Source: an uncultured Ignavibacteriales bacterium (GTDB lineage Bacteria; Zixibacteria; MSB-5A5; GN15; JAAZOE01). Taken from it: a stretch of DNA of 64,000 nt. The position numbers and the translations under genes were made by a program. Position 1 is the first letter of the stretch; each line of letters begins with the position of its first letter. The DNA lies in NCBI GenBank assembly GCA_964549765.1, contig CAZJWR010000009.1, positions 15,442-79,441 of the forward strand, read 5' to 3'. Below, piece by piece: positions 28,989 to 38,100 of the stretch. The notes under the pieces are model-generated. The model worked only from the letters and a program-made list of their open reading frames with translations, did not search any database and was not told where the DNA came from.

Positions 28989-29822
28989 CTAATTATGCCC
29001 GTATATCCCCTTGGACAGGTTTCCCGAAAGCAGGTTGATATTGACTTCGCACTCGGTGACGCCTTTGACTTGAGAGGTCAGTTCGACGAGCATATCCCGC
29101 AGTTTCTTGTTTTTCACGGCTCCTTTGAGCGTGACCGTCCCGCCGCTGGCCGCGACGGTGACGGGGAGCCGCCAAAGTTTATCGTCGGATGCGAAGGCCG
29201 CCTTGACCTCGCATTCCGTCGAGATGTCGTTCAACCTCCGGGACGACGCCTCGGTGGTGCGAAATTCCTGCCGATTAACAGTCAGTGCGAGCACTTCGCA
29301 TATCGTATCGATGGTCATGTTGCCGGTGTAGAAGGTCATGTCATACAAAGCCGGGTCGCGCCATTCCTCGCCATAGGCCCATTTGACCCAGCGGCGTCGC
29401 TGCTCGTCGATGTTGATGATATATTCGCGGGCGGCATCGACGCCCAGTTGCTGTTCCTGCATGACGATCTTCATTCTTTCTTCAATGGGTGCATCGAGCC
29501 GCGTTTTCAGGACATGATGAATACCCCGCAGGAATACCTGCCCGGCGTACCCGTGATAGACGACATTATCCTGTTTGACGGCGTCGAGGAGAGCACACTG
29601 CACAAAAATCAGATATCGTTTATGCTCCATCGTGAACTTCCGCCAGAAAGTGGGCGACGTTTTCAGCCGGGTAAGCAGTTCCTCCTCGAGAATATTGTAT
29701 TTCCGGGCCCCCTCCAATATGACCTCGTGGCTGAGGCTGTGATAGCCCAGCTTTTCGGATAGGCAGTGAGCGAGTTTTTCCCCGCCACTTTTCGTTCCTC
29801 TGGAAATCGTGATTATGGCCAT
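28989..29822 (-). CDS. Cytidylate-kinase-like family protein with C-terminal BON-like domain
   Basis: IITISRGTKSGGEKLAHCLSEKLGYHSLSHEVIL, YHGYAGQVFL...LKTRLDAPIEERMKIVM...RRRWVKWAYGEEWRDPALYDMTF. C-terminus VTVAASGGTVTLKGAVKNKKLRDMLVELTSQVKGVTECEVNI. Confidence 0.7.
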   Translation of the reverse strand: MAIITISRGTKSGGEKLAHCLSEKLGYHSLSHEVILEGARKYNILEEELLTRLKTSPTFWRKFTMEHKRYLIFVQCALLDAVKQDNVVYHGYAGQVFLRGIHHVLKTRLDAPIEERMKIVMQEQQLGVDAAREYIINIDEQRRRWVKWAYGEEWRDPALYDMTFYTGNMTIDTICEVLALTVNRQEFRTTEASSRRLNDISTECEVKAAFASDDKLWRLPVTVAASGGTVTLKGAVKNKKLRDMLVELTSQVKGVTECEVNINLLSGNLSKGIYGHN

Positions 29823-30026
29823 CGTACTCCCCGATATGTATCTTCAACGCGCACCACGCCCGCCGGATTCCGGCCGCCTGCTCGCGCCTACCTCTTGCCG
29901 ATTACGGAAAGCATAGCAAATTGAGATTACGGTGTCAATGTTTTTGAAGCGAATATGGGGAAGGATGCATTCGGCAATGCCGGATCGCAGACACAAATCA
30001 AAAATACCGTGGATCGGCCATGATCA

Positions 30027-33000
30027 TCATTTCATCAAAACCATCTTTTTCTCCACACGCATATCGTCGGTGGTCAGCCGGTAGATATAAATGCCGCTGG
30101 CGACCACCTTCCCGTCATTGCCGGTGCCGTTCCAGATGATCCGGTGGACCCCGGCCGATTGCCTCTTGTCGAACAGAACGGCAACGCGTTCGCCGAGAAT
30201 ATTGAAAATGTCGATGGTCACGTGGGCCTCGTGCCTCAGCTCATAGGAGATGGCCGTCGTCGCATTGAAGGGATTGGGATAGTTTTGATTCAGCCTGAAG
30301 GCCGACGGCAAAGGACCGCTGATATCGGCGGGCAGTGTATTGCCGTAATAATCGGAAAGCTGCACTTTAACCAGTTCGAATATGCCATGTCCTCGGAGAG
30401 GTACGGAGAATATATTCACAGCGCCGGCGGGAATTTCGGGGCTGCCATTCATGCTGAAGACAAGAACTTTCAATTCGTTTTCGGTAAGGCCGTATTTTAT
30501 ATCCATGCCGGGAGCGCCGTCGAGCAGGTGCGGTTCACTGATCTCATAACCGGAATAGCGAAATACGAAATATCCTCCGCCGATACCGATGCGTGAATCG
30601 GTTAGAAGGGTTGCTTGCGTGTTTTCCAGTTCAACGCTTGCTGATGCCGTAATACCGGGCGGGATCGGCTTGAAATTGGGAGTAACGTTGCCGGTGATCA
30701 CACGGACCTGGTAAACCAGATCGGCGATGGATAACGTCGCCCCATCGAGATTAACATCCGAGGCCGCCATCGAAGCATCCACGTGATTTCCGAAGGCGTC
30801 CAGTCCACGAACGAAATAATTGGTGAACATGACGGCATCCGCCACCTCATTGGCCACCCGATTGACATTGAGATCGCCCATTGCGTAAATATTCGAATCG
30901 GAGGCGGCGACGGTGAATGTCCGGGTCGTCATCCAATTGCCGTATACGATGCCGTCGTAAGCGCGGGCGCGCCAGAAATATGTGGATCCGTTATCGAGTA
31001 CGGTGTTCACCTGCCAGGACGTAGTCCCCGATCCGGCGCTCACGAATCCCGATTGAGCCGCCAGGGGCGAAAATGCGGAAGCTTTTGAAATTTGAAAATG
31101 ATACTGGACCGGTGTCCCGTTGGGGTCGGAGACGTTGTTGATAATAAGTATCGGTTGCGACGTGTATACCTCCGCCTGATTTTCCGGAGCATTGCCCGCC
31201 GGGGCGGGGGGAGGATTGTTGGGGGTCGTGAAATCGAAGGGATCGGACCATCGCGACGTCGTCGTTCCATTGGTCGCCCGGCAATGCCAGTAATAGCGAA
31301 GCCCCTGACTCAATGGCGTGCCGGCGCCGTAGCAGGTCGTACCGGAGCCCTCGCTGACCCACCCCGATTGCCGCACAACTTTGGTAAACGCCAGGTCCTC
31401 GGCTATTTCGAACTGATACCGGACCGCATCGGCACAGTCGCCGTGATTGGAATTGCTGACGCACAGTGTCGGGACGGTTCCGACCGACGATCCCGGGACG
31501 GGCGAGTACCATACCGGCACCGCCGGCGGCGCGCTGCATGGTTCCGCGACCCGTAGGATTCTCCCCATATATGGTTTGAGGTAAAATACGGAATCGGACG
31601 CAGGCGACTGCACACCGTCGGTATTGATATTGTAATACAATCGGTGGAGATTGACGGCGACGCTGTCATGCACCCAGTCGGCCTGGCCGTTGGAGGTCCG
31701 CACAAGGACGACAACATTACTGTTGTTGTAATCGCGCCGCATAACGGCAATTTTGCTGTAACTGGTTCCGACCGAACTGATTTCATAGGCCGGCCCGTCC
31801 GGTTCGCCGAAATCGACTTCATAGATTCCCCGCCACCGGGTCGTGTCGTTGAATCGGCAGGGTGAGATAAATGCGTTCGTGTCACGCACCTGGAGGAAGA
31901 AGGCATAATGGGTCATGTATATTCGGGAGGAATCGAATTTCCAGTCGGAGGGATTGGAACTGCACAGGAAATCGCCCAAAAACAGCCAGTTGATATATCG
32001 CTCAGGATGTGCCGCCATTTTATTGGCCATGGCATACCATTGCTGCCAGCCGTTGGGCCAGGCCTTGAGGTAGTCGACGGGGTTCTCGAGACAGACGTTC
32101 GTGTAACGGATCTGCACGCCCAGCGCGCCCGGTGAAAACTTATCCACGTTGGCGAACGGACGAATCCGGTCCAAGCCTCGCGCGGCGCACGTCGAATCCA
32201 GCACTGCCGCGATGGTCGAGTCGATCAGCATGGTCGAGTAATCGTAATAGTGGGTGTTGGCGGCGACATCGTTGCCGATCCCCGGCTGTTCGTACCAATC
32301 GAGACCGCCGGTCGGGCCGCCGGTGGTGCCGTTTATATTATAATATGAGTAGAGACGCGGGGCGTACCCCTCCCGGTATTGGTTGTCCATGAAGAAGGCG
32401 GTCCAATGGTGATTGCCCGGCCCGCTGGACGCCGAATCCTCTATCAGATGCCGGCGATAGGCGTACGCTATGGCATTTCGGGCGTCGCGATTGAGGCCGT
32501 TGGCCAGCCAACAATAACCAGCCGGATAGAACATGGTATCGGACGAGGTATTGTTCCAGTATTGATAGGTGAACCGGCGCTTATGGTATGGTAGGCCGGT
32601 CAGCGAATAGGTGCGGGTCCCATCGCCGACGTTGGTGATATTGACGTAATCGTCGGATATATGCACGACCAAAGATTCCGGCGATACTCCGATACTGTCC
32701 AGATAGTGTTTGGCATAGACGTACAGCCAATAGGTTTGGACATCGGCCAGCCGATCATTGTATTGGGCGCCGGGATTGAAGCGGCTATAGAGGTTTATCT
32801 CCTGGCTGGATGCGTACGGTCCGCACCAGAACTCCTTGCCCATTCCCTGGGCGGCGTGATAAATGCTGTCGAACATCCCGGGCCAGTCGCCCAATCCGGC
32901 GACGCCGGCGTCGTACCGTTCCGCCAGCCACTGCGCGGTCGCATTTCTCGAGCCGTAATAGCTGTTGCCCCCGAACATGAATTTGTATGGCGTCTTGTCC

Positions 33001-33053
33001 TGTGCGGAGACCGCCGCCGATAGGAAAATCATGAAAAGGAGTAATCGTCGCAT
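30027..33053 (-). CDS. Large secreted protein: unknown N-terminal domain, two tandem ~100-aa beta domains, dockerin-like repeat pair, cohesin-like module, T9SS sorting domain
   Basis: Signal peptide MRRLLLFMIFLSAAVSA. Tandem repeat at 30909-31529. Dockerin-like segment GDLNVNRVANEVADAVMF...SDVNLDGATLSIADLVYQV (30687-30881). C-terminus NYPNPFNATTAISYEL...GIYIYRLTTDDMRVEKKMVLMK (30030-30299). Confidence 0.7.
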   Translation of the reverse strand: MRRLLLFMIFLSAAVSAQDKTPYKFMFGGNSYYGSRNATAQWLAERYDAGVAGLGDWPGMFDSIYHAAQGMGKEFWCGPYASSQEINLYSRFNPGAQYNDRLADVQTYWLYVYAKHYLDSIGVSPESLVVHISDDYVNITNVGDGTRTYSLTGLPYHKRRFTYQYWNNTSSDTMFYPAGYCWLANGLNRDARNAIAYAYRRHLIEDSASSGPGNHHWTAFFMDNQYREGYAPRLYSYYNINGTTGGPTGGLDWYEQPGIGNDVAANTHYYDYSTMLIDSTIAAVLDSTCAARGLDRIRPFANVDKFSPGALGVQIRYTNVCLENPVDYLKAWPNGWQQWYAMANKMAAHPERYINWLFLGDFLCSSNPSDWKFDSSRIYMTHYAFFLQVRDTNAFISPCRFNDTTRWRGIYEVDFGEPDGPAYEISSVGTSYSKIAVMRRDYNNSNVVVLVRTSNGQADWVHDSVAVNLHRLYYNINTDGVQSPASDSVFYLKPYMGRILRVAEPCSAPPAVPVWYSPVPGSSVGTVPTLCVSNSNHGDCADAVRYQFEIAEDLAFTKVVRQSGWVSEGSGTTCYGAGTPLSQGLRYYWHCRATNGTTTSRWSDPFDFTTPNNPPPAPAGNAPENQAEVYTSQPILIINNVSDPNGTPVQYHFQISKASAFSPLAAQSGFVSAGSGTTSWQVNTVLDNGSTYFWRARAYDGIVYGNWMTTRTFTVAASDSNIYAMGDLNVNRVANEVADAVMFTNYFVRGLDAFGNHVDASMAASDVNLDGATLSIADLVYQVRVITGNVTPNFKPIPPGITASASVELENTQATLLTDSRIGIGGGYFVFRYSGYEISEPHLLDGAPGMDIKYGLTENELKVLVFSMNGSPEIPAGAVNIFSVPLRGHGIFELVKVQLSDYYGNTLPADISGPLPSAFRLNQNYPNPFNATTAISYELRHEAHVTIDIFNILGERVAVLFDKRQSAGVHRIIWNGTGNDGKVVASGIYIYRLTTDDMRVEKKMVLMK

Positions 33054-33603
33054 TTCGGATTCCCTTCCGAGTATGTAAGTCTCGGGACCAAACAGAACGT
33101 TGCTTTTGACAGCGCCTTCATATCCCCGTATAAAACCGGGGCAACTGCGCTCAGGATCTCGTTAGGGCAGGTATGTCGATTATCTCCTTCGAATAACTGG
33201 CGGCGAGTATAATTTGTACGACATAAATATGTGAATTCGTCCCTCGATTGTCAACAGGTTTTCATCCTCGGGGCCAATATTTATCGCCGGTCAATTGAAT
33301 CGCTCTTGTCATGGTAAGAGTCTGGAATGCGGAGAAGCAATTGGGGTTTATAAGGAAAAAGCCCATCGAGCGGACAATACACGATGCTTATAAGTAAAAT
33401 GCGGGCCATATATTATGCAGCTAATTTAAAGTGTTGCATTGATGGCGCAGTTGGCGGAATGGCAGTCCCGTAGAGGTTAATCTCAGTGTCCACTTATCTG
33501 GAGCGAATGTCCCGGCATCCGTATCCGATTCTCCGGTGACGGCATTTTCGGATGCAATGTTAACTACGAAAAAGCCCTCAGAAATTGTGTATTTATTTCG
33601 TAT

Positions 33604-33897
33604 GTGATGCAAAACAATCAATCCTGCATGCGCCGCCGACGTCGATTCATCTGGGCTCTGATCGTCATTTTGATCATATCGAGCATGATCGGATTATATT
33701 ATTATCTGCGGGTGATTGCCGCCATGATATCCGATCGTGAACCGGAAAGCGAAGTGGGCGCGCTGCCGGAGTTCTCGCCCGGCAATTCGTTGGTGCTACC
33801 GCTCGTTGCGATTGCCGTCGTGTATCTCGGTGTCTATCCCGGCCCATTGATCGGTCTGATCCAAGACGCCATCCTGAAATCATTCACCGGCGGCTGA
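33604..33897 (+). pseudogene. nuoN: Orphan 3' remnant of NADH-quinone oxidoreductase subunit N
   Basis: SSMIGLYYYLRVIAAM...LPLVAIAVVYLGVYPGPLIGLIQDAI matches the C-terminal ~75 aa of NuoN (E. coli NuoN carries AIGLYYYLRV near its end). There are no nuo sequences upstream, and the frame is closed at 33538-33540. Confidence 0.55.
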
Positions 33898-33929
33898 TCG
33901 CCGTCCTGCTTCGGGTCATCATTATTGCG

Positions 33930-34931
33930 TTGCCTCCGGGAACGACATTTTTTACTTTGGGCATTATGCAGAAATCGATTTTGAAAATTGCGAGCGCCAG
34001 ACGATATATTTCAGCCGTTCAGCGCCGACCCTGGTTTCATTCTGTATTCCGGCTGCGCATCGAGGAGTTCATCGCCCTGGTGTTTTTTGCACCGATGGTT
34101 TATCTGACGGCCAAGGCGTATTTCTATTTTGATGCCCAGGGCCACGTTCCTCGTAGGTTTGTCGGCGACGTGGACCGCGTTTTTGCTGTAGTTGTGGTCA
34201 TTGCCATTCTTCTGCTTATCGTGCGTTTCCGTCCGCGTTGGACTCTCTTGCGCGACGGACTTCCATTCGCATTCTGCCTGGCGATTTATACCAATCTGCA
34301 CGACACGATTCATTTCGCCAACCCGTACGATATTAACAACACGCTTATTGCCATCGACGCCTGGGTATTCGGCGTTCAGCCCTGCGTCTGGGCCCAGCAG
34401 TTCGTCCATCCGTGGTTGACAGAAATATTTTCGTTTTGCTACATGCTATTTTTCCTCTGGGCTCCGCTGGTGGCGGCGACGCTGTATTTCCAAAACAGAA
34501 AGACCGAATTTCGAAATACGCTGGTGTCAGTCATCCTCTGCTTCTATGTCGGATATTTTCTATACATAATCTTTCCGGCCGCTCCGCCCCGACTCACGCT
34601 GAAGCACCTGTTCACCGTCCAATTCGACGGTACTCCGATTGCGGACGCCACGCTAAGCATGGTCAATGTGCTGCCATCGGATTCCCGCGCCGCATTTCCC
34701 TCACTTCATTCAGCGGTAACGCTGCTGACGCTTTTATTCGCCTGGAAATATGTGCGCGGGCTGTTCTGGTTGATATTGCCGTTCTGTATCGGGCTTTTTG
34801 TGTCCACTATCTATCTGCGCCATCATTATGTCGTCGATCTGGTCGCCGGCTTCGCGCTGGGAATACTCGCTTTTATCTATGGTCCGCGAGCGGACACCTG
34901 GTGGCGAGCGCGGCATCCCTCGCAGTCATGA
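33930..34931 (+). CDS. PAP2-superfamily membrane protein (inositol-phosphorylceramide/sphingomyelin-synthase-like PAP2_C type)
   Basis: Multi-TM protein. C-terminal PAP2 motifs FPSLHSAVTLL and YLRHHYVVDLVAGFALG. The start could be the internal ATG at 33966. Confidence 0.7.
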   Translation: MPPGTTFFTLGIMQKSILKIASARRYISAVQRRPWFHSVFRLRIEEFIALVFFAPMVYLTAKAYFYFDAQGHVPRRFVGDVDRVFAVVVVIAILLLIVRFRPRWTLLRDGLPFAFCLAIYTNLHDTIHFANPYDINNTLIAIDAWVFGVQPCVWAQQFVHPWLTEIFSFCYMLFFLWAPLVAATLYFQNRKTEFRNTLVSVILCFYVGYFLYIIFPAAPPRLTLKHLFTVQFDGTPIADATLSMVNVLPSDSRAAFPSLHSAVTLLTLLFAWKYVRGLFWLILPFCIGLFVSTIYLRHHYVVDLVAGFALGILAFIYGPRADTWWRARHPSQS

Positions 34932-35051
34932 AGTACCGTTGACGGGGCATTTCATTCCGGCGCCTCTTATCCGTGAGGGAAAAGCTAACCGACCACAGGC
35001 ATATGTCCATATCGCCCGATATTGCGCCATGGGGCTCGCCGCGCGTCACAA

Positions 35052-35088
35052 AATAAAGGGTCGGCCGTTCCCGGCCGACCCTTTTTCC
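35052..35088. terminator. Bidirectional Rho-independent terminator between convergent genes
   Basis: 10-bp stem GGGTCGGCCG/CGGCCGACCC (35058-35067 and 35072-35081) with loop TTCC. It is flanked by AAATAAA on the left and TTTTT on the right, so a U-tract follows the hairpin on both strands. Confidence 0.8.
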
Positions 35089-35123
35089 GTACCCCAACCG
35101 CATGCTCTGGTATTGGTTGGGCC

Positions 35124-38100
35124 CTATTTAATCAGCGCCATCTTCCGTGTCTTGGTGAACTCGTCCGCTTTAAGTCGATAGAAGTATATTCCGGTGGCGA
35201 CTTTGTGGCCGGCATTATCCGTCGCGTCCCATGTTACGGAGTAGCGGCCGGCCTGCTGCTCGGAATTGACCAGGTTCTTTACCTTCTGCCCAAGCACGTT
35301 GAAGACGATCAGTTCCACATGCCCGGCTGCAGGCACGGCATAATTGATCGTCGTCGTCGGATTGAACGGATTGGGGTAATTCTGCATCAGGCTGTACTGC
35401 ATCGGGAGCGGTTCCGTTTTTTCCCGTGTACCCAGGACGGCGGGAATCTCATTGCCGTGCTCATCGAAAACCTGGAACGATTCGATTTCGGCGGCCTCAA
35501 TGCCGGAATAGGGGATGGTCAGAAGCTCGCCCTGGCCGGCCGGGATGACACCGGAACCACTCATATCGCAGAGCCCGAAACGGTGCGATCCGGCGGTGAA
35601 ACCGGAGTAAGCCTGCATATCGCGAGTCATTCCACCGAGCACGGGCGCCGATGTTTTGATGAATCCGGCGGGATCGGGGACTTCAAACTGGACGCCTCCG
35701 ATCGGCACGTCGGAATCGAGCATAATTTTCAATAGTGCACCGTCCGCATTCGCCGATTTCTCGACGGTATAATACACCGGTCCGGCGCTCATGCCTGGCG
35801 CGGCCTTAGGCGGCGGCGGGCCGCCCTTGAAGATGTAGTCAACAATATAGACGATATCGCCAATATTGACGTCGGCATCGCCATTGGCGTCTCCGGCGTT
35901 GATGGGAATCGGCGGCCGCTGACCTTTGAAAACGTATTGGATCAAATAAACGCCGTCGCCGATTTCAACACCACCGCTACCGTTGGCATCACCGTACAGA
36001 CTTAGCCCGACGAAGATATTACCGTACTGGAATTCAGGGTAGATAGACGAGGAACTGGGATCGAAGAGCAGGAATTGCCCGGCCGGCGGGAAGAAGGAGG
36101 AATCGATAACCGATACCTGTTCCGGGGCCTCGGAATTGACCCGCATGTACAGATTGGCGATTTCCCCGTCACCCGGTTGGAGATAGTCCTCCATGAAAAC
36201 GACCATGCCGAACAGGATTCCGCCCCCGATAGTATCGATATTGGATTCGGTGATATCGATATAGTCGATTCGGGTCCCGGCGAATGAAACGGAATCGCAA
36301 GTCAGGATCGCCGGATCATACGTCAGAGGTATGCTGAACGCCGCCAATTCGTGGACGTTGTGGAGATAAACCGGGACGACAATCTGTTCACCGGGTTGGG
36401 CGGATACGGAGGCAACACGAACCGTATCCCGCTCGGGCGCATCGCCGGGGATAATCGTGAGATTCACGGTTAGTGAGGCCGGGCTGTTCAATGCTCCCGG
36501 CGCGGTCACGGTGATTGTCGCCTGATAGGTTCCTACCGGCAAACTGTCGATGAAGCAGCCAACAGTGACGTTCGACGGAGCCGTTCCGGAAAGCGGCTGC
36601 GCCGTCATCCAGGATTCTCCCGACGCGGTCAATGTCCAATCGAAAGTGCCCTGCCCCGTGTTGGTTATGGAAAATTCTTTTGGCCACGGATTGGTGGAGT
36701 TTTGCACGGCAGTGAAGTCGATACGATCGGAAAGGAGTGTCAGGATCGGCTGGTCGGCAGTAATCGTCATCCTGACGACCGCCGTCCGCGGCGAGTTGAT
36801 TGCATCGACAGCAATAACCCTGATTGTCGTCTCATAGTTGCCCGGAGTCAATCCGGTCGGATCAACCGTAAGGGTAATGGTTTGATCGGTCGTGCCGGAA
36901 GAACTGCTCAATTGACACCAACCGTCAGCCGCCATCGCGGACCATGAAATCGGATTGCCCGCGGAATTTTTGATCATCATTTGAGCCTGTGCCGCCGGAT
37001 CACCTTCGAGGAAATCGAAACTAAAGCTTCCCGGAGACAGCACCAGATAATCCGGAATATCTCCGGACTCCATGACGGTCAGCCGCGATCCCGGGGTAAC
37101 GCCCAACTGATCGACCGTTACTCCCGAGGGGAAGACCGTGCGGAGATCGAACTGGTCGCCGCCGCCTGTGCCGAAATGGATGTAATCGGGACCGGAACCG
37201 TTGAAGCCATTGGAAACATTGTATTCGCGATAGCCGACCAGGGCGTCGAGGCTGCCGAGTTGCCCGGCGGGGAAGAGGTACACCTTGGTGCCGATCCCGG
37301 CTCGATTCGATACCACCCCGACCGGAGCCACCGTGATGAAGGCGCCGTTATTCGTCTCGTTGCGGAAAAAGGAATTCTGGATGTAATCCGTGCGGGCAAT
37401 GTACACGTCAAGATCGCCGTCACCGTCATAGTCACCCACGACCGCCGGGCCGGCCTTGGCCCGCCCGTCGTTGATCCCACACATGTCGGTCACGTCGGTG
37501 AAGGCACCGGTGCCGTCGTTGAGGAAAAATTGAGCCGACCGGTTTTCATTGGCGACGACAAGATCGAGATCGCCGTCGTTATCGACATCGAAAAATTCGG
37601 TGCCTCGGGTATAATTCCGGCAGGTCGTGCCGGACGCCTGGGTGACATCCGTGAAAAAGCCGTTGCCGTCGTTCAGGAATAGATAATTCGGATCGGAATA
37701 CCCGGCGCCGGTATACATATCGAGGTCGCCGTCGTTGTCGACGTCGCCGAACGACGTTCCCAGGGCCGTGGGGAAATATCCCAGGCTGGAGTTATCGGAG
37801 ATGTCGGTAAAATGCCCTGTCCCGTCGTTGGTGAACATCAGAGATACGGCGCGGTTCTGCCGGTTGATAACGAGGTCGTCGTCGCCGTCATTGTCGATAT
37901 CGCCAAAGACAGCCCGACAGACGAACCGGATATTCGATAATCCCGCTTCCTCGGTGATATCAGTGAACGTCATATTTCCGTCGTTGCGGTACAACCGGGC
38001 GCCGTAAAAGACGTCCAGGTCGCCGTCATGATCGACATCGTTCACAGCCACGGCATACCCGTCGTAGCCGAGCGTGGTCGAGAATTGCTGTATGCCGGCG

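Noticed and set aside
33441-33518. tRNA-like stretch (GATGGCG...GTTGGCGGAATGGCAG...CGGCATC) in the gene-free region upstream of the nuoN fragment
   Set aside because: A 7-bp acceptor pairing with one mismatch and a D-arm can be drawn. However, no 5-bp anticodon stem with a 7-nt loop and no T-arm (GTTCRANYC) can be formed on either strand.
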